Shown: in pieces, positions 54,237-60,467 of the stretch
How positions within the stretch are numbered: the first letter of the stretch is position 1
How the letters are laid out: every line of letters starts with the position of its first letter
DNA from: Dehalococcoidia bacterium
Lineage (GTDB): Bacteria > Chloroflexota > Dehalococcoidia > GIF9 > JBFMDU01
DNA length: 60,467 nucleotides
Direction of reading: 5' to 3'
Assembly (NCBI GenBank): GCA_034431935.1
Contig: DAOUCU010000096.1
Span: forward strand, 1 to 60,467
Made by a program: the position numbers and the translations under genes
Notes under the pieces: generated by a model
Database searches by the model: none
The model's input: the letters and a program-made list of their open reading frames with translations, nothing else
Told to the model about the DNA's origin: nothing

Positions 54237-54874
54237 CCTGGGTATTCTCCGGCCGGTTTCCCGACGGGCATGATATAAAGCGGTCTTATCGTCTCGTCCA
54301 GCCCGAGCAGATTTCTCACAGCCTCGTCGTCGAAGGCCCCGACCATTACTGTGCCGAGACCCAGAGCAGTCGCCTGCAAATGGATATCTTGGCCAATGTG
54401 CCCGGCCTCCATGTTGACGTAGCGCTGGGCGCGTGCCCCGTAGCGGAAGGCGGTTCGGGAGAAGATGGCGCAGGCAATCAGCACGGCCGGTGCGCTGGCC
54501 ACGGATTGCTGGCCGAGCGCGACTTCGGATAGGGAAGAGCGGATATCGCCCGGCTTTTCCATGGTCAGTGAATGACTGTCTGGAGCGTAATGGTAGACTC
54601 CGGCATTGATACCGGCTACGGTTTGCTCTCCGGTTGCTACTACGATTTCAAGTGGGTAGGTCGCGCCAGCACTCGGTACGGCGCGAAATCTTCCATGGGT
54701 GATGCCCTGGGCTGCCCAGAGGAGTTGGGCTAGCTGTTCAAGGGTCAGCGCTGACTTTTCGTACCGTCGTACCGACTTGCGGCGGGAGATGGCTTCCTCA
54801 ACCGAGACTTGCCCTCTGGTGCTCGGCGGCGGCAGTCGGACTACGGGAGCCGGCATCTTGCGGTTCTGTTTCAT
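54233..54874 (-). CDS. SagB/ThcOx-type nitroreductase-superfamily dehydrogenase
   Basis: 213 aa. RRKSVRRY..., LLWAAQGIT, PSAGATYPLE, and YVNMEAGHIGQDIHLQATALGLG. Start overlaps the rtcB stop by 4 nt. Confidence 0.7.
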   Translation of the reverse strand: MKQNRKMPAPVVRLPPPSTRGQVSVEEAISRRKSVRRYEKSALTLEQLAQLLWAAQGITHGRFRAVPSAGATYPLEIVVATGEQTVAGINAGVYHYAPDSHSLTMEKPGDIRSSLSEVALGQQSVASAPAVLIACAIFSRTAFRYGARAQRYVNMEAGHIGQDIHLQATALGLGTVMVGAFDDEAVRNLLGLDETIRPLYIMPVGKPAGEYPG

Positions 54875-56331
54875 CCCTTTACCACCCCCAGCGGCTCTGC
54901 CATGAGCACCTTGCGTGATATTCCGGCTTGGTGTGTTATCTCAATTACCTTGCTGACGTCTTTGTAGGCTTCCGAGGCTTCCTCCGCCAGTGAATGCGGA
55001 CTGGCGGCTTTGACGATGATGCCGCGGGAGGCAAGTTCCTGAGTGATGTTGACGCCCTTGAGACTGCGCATAGCCGCGCCGCGGCTCTGAACACGTCCGG
55101 CCCCGTGACAGGTAGAGCCGAAAGTCTCCTGCAGTGCCCGGTCGGTGCCGACGGCCACGTACGAACGCCGTCCCATGTCGCCCGGGATGAGCACCGGCTG
55201 GCCGATAGATGCGTATTTCTTCGGGACATCTTTGTGCCCGGCGGGGAATGCCCTGGTAGCGCCCTTGCGGTGGACGCAGACGGTGACCGGCCTGCCATCT
55301 ACCATGTGCTGTTCTATTTTGGCGATGTTGTGGGCGACGTCATAGATTTGAGCCATGCCCAACTGGTCGGGCGTTCGGCCAAAGACCCTGGAGAAAGCCT
55401 CTCGTGACCAGTGGGCGATGCACTGACGGTTGGCCCAGGCGTAGTTGGCGGCACAGGCCATGGCGGCGAGGTAATCTCTGGCTTCTGGAGAGTCAAGCGG
55501 CGCGCATGCCAGTTCGCGGTCAGGCAGGCTGATAGCATAGCGACGTACTGCGCCCCCCATGACCCGCAGGTAGTCGTCGCAGACCTGGTAGCCCAATCCT
55601 CTGGAGCCGGTGTGTATCAGCAGGAGCACCTGCCCGATACCTTCTATACCCATGGTTCTGGCAGCGGCCTCGTCATATATCTCCCGAACCACCTGGACTT
55701 CAAGAAAATGGTTGCCGGAACCAAGGGTGCCTGATTGGGGAATGCCGCGTTTTCTGGCGCGGTCGCTTACCTTGTCAGGGTTGGCGCCTTTCATAGCGCC
55801 GCCTTCTTCAGTAACTTCGAGGTCATCAGACAGGCCGTAACCGTGGCTCACTGCCCATTGGGCGCCTTTCTCGAGGACATCGCGCAGGTCGCGGTCGCTC
55901 AGGCGTATCTTGCCTTCAGAGCCTAAACCGGATGGTACGTGATTAAAGAGTGCATTCACCAGGGCGCTAATGCGTGGCTTGACCTCGGCTTCTGTAAGGT
56001 TGGTGCGGAGGAGCCTGACACCGCAGTTGATGTCGTAGCCGACGCCTCCGGGTGAGACAACCCCATCCTTAATGCTGGTGGCGGCAACGCCGCCGATGGG
56101 GAAACCGTAACCCCAGTGGATGTCGGGCATGGCCATGGAACGGCCGATGATTCCAGGTAGAAAAGCGACATTGGCCACCTGTTCCGGCGCCTGTTCCTCG
56201 CGTATCAACGCCAACATGGCCTGGTCAGCATAGATCAGTCCGGGTACCCGCATCCCGGCCTTGTAGCTCCGGGGGATTTCCCAGCGGTAGTCGTCTATGC
56301 GATTCAGCGGTCCGTCCCATCCGGTCATCAA
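54871..56331 (-). CDS. rtcB: RNA-splicing ligase RtcB
   Basis: 486 aa. MPDIHWGYGFPIGGV, GYDINCGVR, GSGNHF, HTGSRGLG, and CHGAGR motifs. Confidence 0.9.
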   Translation of the reverse strand: MMTGWDGPLNRIDDYRWEIPRSYKAGMRVPGLIYADQAMLALIREEQAPEQVANVAFLPGIIGRSMAMPDIHWGYGFPIGGVAATSIKDGVVSPGGVGYDINCGVRLLRTNLTEAEVKPRISALVNALFNHVPSGLGSEGKIRLSDRDLRDVLEKGAQWAVSHGYGLSDDLEVTEEGGAMKGANPDKVSDRARKRGIPQSGTLGSGNHFLEVQVVREIYDEAAARTMGIEGIGQVLLLIHTGSRGLGYQVCDDYLRVMGGAVRRYAISLPDRELACAPLDSPEARDYLAAMACAANYAWANRQCIAHWSREAFSRVFGRTPDQLGMAQIYDVAHNIAKIEQHMVDGRPVTVCVHRKGATRAFPAGHKDVPKKYASIGQPVLIPGDMGRRSYVAVGTDRALQETFGSTCHGAGRVQSRGAAMRSLKGVNITQELASRGIIVKAASPHSLAEEASEAYKDVSKVIEITHQAGISRKVLMAEPLGVVKG

Positions 56332-56340
56332 TATGTCCCT

Positions 56341-56760
56341 TCAGATATCGAAAATGATGCGAGCGTGGTACCCCTGAGTGTCCCTGCTAATTTGAAGCAT
56401 ATGGTATGTGGCCGCCTTGACGTCACGGTGAACGTTGTGTCTGGAGGGGTCGAGCCTTTCGCCGGAGCATTCGGCATCAAGGTATTTGGAAGTGAGCCGC
56501 GCTATTGTGAAGCGGCTGAAAAGCAGGTGTTCGGTGTCCCAGAGGTAAATAAGCTCGTTAAGCCAGCGGATGAGCAGACTTTCGCGGTCGTACGCACTTG
56601 CTGAAACAGTTCGAGTCTCGGTTGTCTTCACCTTTTCCGGGTCAGAGATAAGACTGAAAAGGGCGAATGCGGCGCTGGAAAAGAGTTCCTTAAGATTCCT
56701 GCCGTACACTTCGATTCCGATGTCAGCAGTGTGGTCGATAATCTTAAACGGTCTGGTCAA
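56341..56760 (-). CDS. Archease (RtcB activator)
   Basis: 139 aa. FKIIDHTADIGIEVYGRNLKELF N-terminus and VKAATYHML C-terminal motif. Directly upstream of rtcB. Confidence 0.8.
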   Translation of the reverse strand: MTRPFKIIDHTADIGIEVYGRNLKELFSSAAFALFSLISDPEKVKTTETRTVSASAYDRESLLIRWLNELIYLWDTEHLLFSRFTIARLTSKYLDAECSGERLDPSRHNVHRDVKAATYHMLQISRDTQGYHARIIFDI

Positions 56761-56844
56761 GTCCGTGGCCTCCGCCGCGTCTCCTCCGGGTTAGCGGTCA
56801 GTTGAACGTGTAAGTATGGCAATTATACCCAAAGCTAACGCACC

Positions 56845-56874
56845 TTGACAAAGGGCTCGTTTCGACTTTACACT
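56845..56874 (+). promoter_or_regulatory. Promoter candidate for the DAK2-domain gene
   Basis: TTGACA (56845..56850), an 18-nt spacer, then TACACT (56869..56874). Confidence 0.4.
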
Positions 56875-56915
56875 GATTGCCTGAGGAAGTCACATACGGC
56901 AGGAGTGAAACGACC

Positions 56916-57902
56916 ATGTCTAACATTGTGGGCAAGATGGCCCAGGAAATGTTTGATGGTTCGGCTCTAAGGAAAGCCTTTCGTACCGCCCTAGCACGGG
57001 TGGAGAGCCACGTTGATGAACTCAACCGTCTTAATGTTTTCCCCGTGCCCGACGGAGACACCGGTGTTAATATGATGCTGACTCTGCGTGCTGCTAACCG
57101 CGCTATTGCCGATCTGGCTTCGAACTCGGCGGCGGTGGTGGCCGCCACAGCGGCCCGCGGCGCTCTGCTCGGGGCGAGCGGAAACTCCGGAGTGATTCTG
57201 TCCCAGATACTTCGCGGCATCGCCCGTGGTCTGGAGATGAAGGACCGGTTTTCGCCATCTCATTTCGCTCAGGCGCTTCACGCGGCGGCAGAGAACGCCT
57301 ATCGGGCGGTGACCAATCCGGCCGAGGGTACGATATTGACGGTGAGCAAGGACGTCGCACGGACTGCTTTGAGTATGGCCGAGCGTGGTGCCGGGTTCAG
57401 TGAGATGATGAGCGCCGTAGTGACGCAGGCGGGTCGTACGGTAAAGAAGACGCCTGAAATGCTCCCTCAATTGAAGGAAGCTGGTGTTGAAGATGCCGGT
57501 GCCAGAGGACTTCTTTATGTTCTTCAGGGTATCAAGGATGCTATTTCGGGCCGGGTAGGGAGGGTGGGGATGGGGCGCTCGGCGAAGCAGGCGGCGCCCG
57601 CGGCGGCGAAGGCCAAACATGTGGAAAGGCGCTATGGCTTCGATGTCCAGTTCCTGCTGCGCGGCAACCATCTGGCCGTAGCCGAAATAAGACACCGTAT
57701 TGAGACTATGGGCGAGTCGGTACTGGTTGTGGGTGATGAGGAAATAGTCAGGGTGCACATTCATACCTTCAAACCCGAGGCTGTGCTTGACTATGCTCGC
57801 GGTGTTGGCGATGTGAGTGATGTAGAAGTTCAGGATATGGACGAGCAGGTGGCCGGGCGTGGCAAACGCGGTTCGGCGAAGCACGGTACTCACCCGGAGT
57901 AG
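56916..57902 (+). CDS. DAK2 (DhaL-like) domain protein, short YloV-like
   Basis: Start at ATG 56916 (AGGAGTG 8 nt upstream). LNVFPVPDGDTGVNMMLTL and GASGNSGVILSQ are Dak2/DhaL motifs. The C-terminal part resembles the YloV middle domain. Confidence 0.75.
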   Translation: MSNIVGKMAQEMFDGSALRKAFRTALARVESHVDELNRLNVFPVPDGDTGVNMMLTLRAANRAIADLASNSAAVVAATAARGALLGASGNSGVILSQILRGIARGLEMKDRFSPSHFAQALHAAAENAYRAVTNPAEGTILTVSKDVARTALSMAERGAGFSEMMSAVVTQAGRTVKKTPEMLPQLKEAGVEDAGARGLLYVLQGIKDAISGRVGRVGMGRSAKQAAPAAAKAKHVERRYGFDVQFLLRGNHLAVAEIRHRIETMGESVLVVGDEEIVRVHIHTFKPEAVLDYARGVGDVSDVEVQDMDEQVAGRGKRGSAKHGTHPE

Positions 57903-58030
57903 ATGCGGATTACCCGGGCGGAAAGTAAGGACTGAGAATCTGCGTCAGGTTCATGACCGCTGGCACTCTAAGGCTTCAAATCTGAACGGCTCTGGTAGAT
58001 GCTTTTCTGCCCAGCTACCAGGAGGAAAAC

Positions 58031-59221
58031 CTGGACTTCGAGTTCACCCCGGAGCAAGAGAACTTTCGCAGGGAACTTCGTGAGTTCTGCGAACGCGAAC
58101 TTCCTGTCGGGTGGATATGGCGCGTGGGTACCTCGCGCTATGAGGAGGAGGTGGCAACACCGGAGGAGGAAGCCTTCTACCGGTCTTTCCAGCGTAAACT
58201 GGGCGCGAAAGGCCTTCTCTCAACTTGGTGGCCAGCTGAATATGGTGGCCGGGGGCATTCCAAGATAGAGTCAGCTATTCTGAGGGAGGAGCTGGCTTAC
58301 TACGGTGCACCCGGACTCTTCGGGCCGACCTATGAGCTTTTTGTACCGATGATGCTGGCTTTTGGTACAGAGGAGCAAAAGCGTCGCTTCTTACCGCCAC
58401 TGGCCAGAGGCGAATGGATATTCTGTCAGGGCTTCAGCGAGCCGGATGCCGGCTCTGATCTGGCTTCACTAAAATCGCGTGCGGTGGAGAAAGAGGGCGG
58501 CTACGTGCTTGATGGGCATAAAGTCTGGGTCAGCGCGGCAAGGATCTGCGACTGGGGTTTCTTCCTGTTTCGTACGGACCAGAAAGCGACACGGCATCGC
58601 GGCCTCAGCATGTTCCTGGTTGAGCTATCAGCGCCGGGCATCACACGTAGGACGGTAAATGACTACGCCGGTCTGCCAGCATGGCAGGAGATATTCTTCG
58701 ATGGGGTGCGTGTGCCCAAGGAGAACCTGCTTGGCGGCAAGAATAATGGCTGGCAGGTAGCCATGTATGCCCTTAATCATGAACGGTCGGGGCTGGTCTG
58801 GTTGGGTACCTGCCGCCGTGCGCTCGATCGGCTGGTGGCCTACGTAAAAGAGCATAAAACTCTGGCTGAGGATTCATCTATCCGTGAGAAACTGGCGGCG
58901 TTGGCGGTTGAGGTCGAAACGGCGAGGCTGGCCTGTTACTACGTGGCCTCTATGCAGGACCGTGGTGTGATTCCGGTGTATGAGGCAAGTATGGCCAAAA
59001 TACTGACGTGTCACTCAAGCATCCATCTGGCTGAGGCCGGTCTGGAGATAATGGGTGAATACGGTTTGCTTGACACGGGCTCGCCGCGGGCGCCGTTTGA
59101 CGGAGGTGTCGCGCGTACGTATTTGAGCTACCCGATGTGGGTGCTGGGTGGGGGATCGCTTGAAATACAGAAAGAGGTAATCGCCCGTCTTGGGCTGGGA
59201 TTGCCGAAACTGTCAGATTGA
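58031..59221 (+). CDS. Acyl-CoA dehydrogenase family protein (probable CTG-initiated or start-codon-mutated)
   Basis: The track ORF starts at GTG 58124, but the in-frame upstream sequence LDFEFTPEQENFRRELREFCERELP is the conserved ACAD N-terminus. AGGAGG (58020..58025) lies 5 nt before the CTG at 58031. No ATG/GTG/TTG occurs in frame between the stop at 57983 and 58124. Confidence 0.7.
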   Translation: MDFEFTPEQENFRRELREFCERELPVGWIWRVGTSRYEEEVATPEEEAFYRSFQRKLGAKGLLSTWWPAEYGGRGHSKIESAILREELAYYGAPGLFGPTYELFVPMMLAFGTEEQKRRFLPPLARGEWIFCQGFSEPDAGSDLASLKSRAVEKEGGYVLDGHKVWVSAARICDWGFFLFRTDQKATRHRGLSMFLVELSAPGITRRTVNDYAGLPAWQEIFFDGVRVPKENLLGGKNNGWQVAMYALNHERSGLVWLGTCRRALDRLVAYVKEHKTLAEDSSIREKLAALAVEVETARLACYYVASMQDRGVIPVYEASMAKILTCHSSIHLAEAGLEIMGEYGLLDTGSPRAPFDGGVARTYLSYPMWVLGGGSLEIQKEVIARLGLGLPKLSD

Positions 59222-59236
59222 AATCCGGGGTTTCAG

Positions 59237-60352
59237 GTGGACTATTCGTTCAGTGAGAAGCAGGAAATGATAAGGGCATCAGCCCGGGACTTTCTGGCCC
59301 GTGAGTGCCCGTTGAAAATGGTGCGTCAGGTTGAGACCGGACGGGACAGTCTTCCGGCATCGCTGTGGAAAAAGCTTGCAAACCTTGGCTGGCCGGGTCT
59401 GCTGATACCGGAGGAATACGGTGGTAGTGGTGGTACTCTGCTTGACATGGTGGTAGTCCTTGAGGAGGCGGGGCGTGTTCTGTTGCCGGGGCCGCTCATC
59501 CAGACGGTTGTGGGGGGCGTGGCAATTCTGTGGGGTGGCTCTGAAGATCTCAAGAGAAGGCTTCTGCCGCAGATTGCGGGCGGCGAGTCAATAGTCACTC
59601 TGGCTGTTGTAGAGACTGAGGCCGGCGGAGGGGCGTACTTTCGGGTGGTGCGTGATGGTAATGATTTTCGCGTTACCGGTAGCAAGATTTTTGTTCCCGA
59701 CGCCGCGGCGGCACAGTACATTGTCTGCACATTTAAGACCGGTGATGGGGCGGATGACGTCAATTTACTATTGATTGAGACAGGGACGCCAGGCATGACG
59801 CTGAAGCCTTTGAAAGCCATCTCAGGTGCCAGACTATATGAAGTCGCTTTCAATGATGTGCGCGTGCCTGCTGAAAGCATGTTGGGGAAACGCGAAGATA
59901 GCAGGGGTTCTGGAGTCGGTAGAGTACTTCGGTATGCAGTGGTGGCGCAGTGTGCCTGGATGGTTGGGGCGGCAGGCCGGGTATTTGAGATGGCGGTAGA
60001 GTACGTCAAGACCAGATTGCAGTATGGACGGCCGATTGCCGCCTTTCAAAGTGTCCAGCACCAGTGCGCTGACATGGCCGTTGATTTGTGGGCGGCTGAG
60101 TACGTTACCCATTATGCCGGGTGGAAGCTCGGCAAGTATCCTGACTCTTCGTGGGAGGTTTCTGTTGCCAGAGCCTGGGTCAATGATGCCTGCCTGCGCG
60201 TTGCCTCACGCGCCTGCTACCTCCACGGAGCGCTCGGTTACAGCGAGGAGTATGATGCCCAGCTCTACCTCCGGCGCATTGCCGGGGTGGCGTCGGCCTT
60301 CAGTGGTACCAGGCATCATCTGGAGATGGTAGCACGGGGATTGCTTGGTTAG
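59237..60352 (+). CDS. Acyl-CoA dehydrogenase family protein
   Basis: 371 aa, GTG start. MDYSFSEKQEMIRASARDFLAREC N-terminus with middle beta-domain and C-terminal helical domain blocks. Confidence 0.8.
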   Translation: MDYSFSEKQEMIRASARDFLARECPLKMVRQVETGRDSLPASLWKKLANLGWPGLLIPEEYGGSGGTLLDMVVVLEEAGRVLLPGPLIQTVVGGVAILWGGSEDLKRRLLPQIAGGESIVTLAVVETEAGGGAYFRVVRDGNDFRVTGSKIFVPDAAAAQYIVCTFKTGDGADDVNLLLIETGTPGMTLKPLKAISGARLYEVAFNDVRVPAESMLGKREDSRGSGVGRVLRYAVVAQCAWMVGAAGRVFEMAVEYVKTRLQYGRPIAAFQSVQHQCADMAVDLWAAEYVTHYAGWKLGKYPDSSWEVSVARAWVNDACLRVASRACYLHGALGYSEEYDAQLYLRRIAGVASAFSGTRHHLEMVARGLLG

Positions 60353-60358
60353 ACCTCA

Positions 60359-60387
60359 TTGACTTTTGCGGTACATGGGCCTAGACT
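60359..60387 (+). promoter_or_regulatory. Promoter candidate for the gene beginning at the right edge (ATG at 60459)
   Basis: TTGACT (60359..60364), a 17-nt spacer, then TAGACT (60382..60387). Confidence 0.3.
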
Positions 60388-60467
60388 AATTTCCGCCTGT
60401 GCCCGCTGAGCTTTAGCATTGGGGGCACGGCGTAACGTGAAGACAAACGGGGGTAAGCATGGACCAG

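Noticed and set aside
56991-57893. 300-aa minus-strand ORF, plus similar long antisense ORFs at 42807..43568, 48731..49546, 59326..60009 and 10999..11499
   Set aside because: Each lies fully inside, and opposite to, a gene with clear family motifs (DAK2, ilvD, leuA, ACAD, histidine kinase). Their compositions are low-complexity. They are treated as non-coding.

Overview
60.5-kb chromosomal segment, about 57% GC by eye. The gene content looks like an anaerobic Chloroflexota (Dehalococcoidia-like) bacterium, but that is inference only. I can support about 57 CDS, 2 tRNAs, 2 gene remnants, and several promoter-like and hairpin elements. I saw no rRNA, CRISPR array, transposase or integrase. Left part (1-16 kb): hemW (partial), secFD, an NDP-sugar pyrophosphorylase, an FmdB zinc ribbon, L25/Ctc, three unknown genes including an internally duplicated Cas4-like PD-(D/E)XK nuclease, a CDF exporter, a NarL-type two-component system, two tandem hemE paralogues and an MFS gene. 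Centre (16.1-33.9 kb): a 17.8-kb array, all on the minus strand, running from tRNA-Gln/tRNA-Glu to cbiK. It contains a four-component corrinoid methyltransferase operon (corrinoid protein, UroD-family MT, MtrH-like MT, RACo activator). It also contains a TAXI-TRAP block with one lipoprotein solute-binding protein, two fused permeases and three binding-protein modules that have no signal peptide; two of those modules are fused into one 765-aa protein. The array further carries a C-N hydrolase, two lipoproteins and CbiK. This block is the most unusual part of the window. Right part (34-60 kb): MFS, guaA-purDEBCS, tsaC, rpiB, a complete ilv/leu/cimA branched-chain amino acid operon with an embedded MgtC-like gene, rtcB-archease-nitroreductase, a DAK2 protein and a pair of acyl-CoA dehydrogenases. 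All calls rest on hand reading of the ORF translations and the nucleotide sequence. No database search was run.
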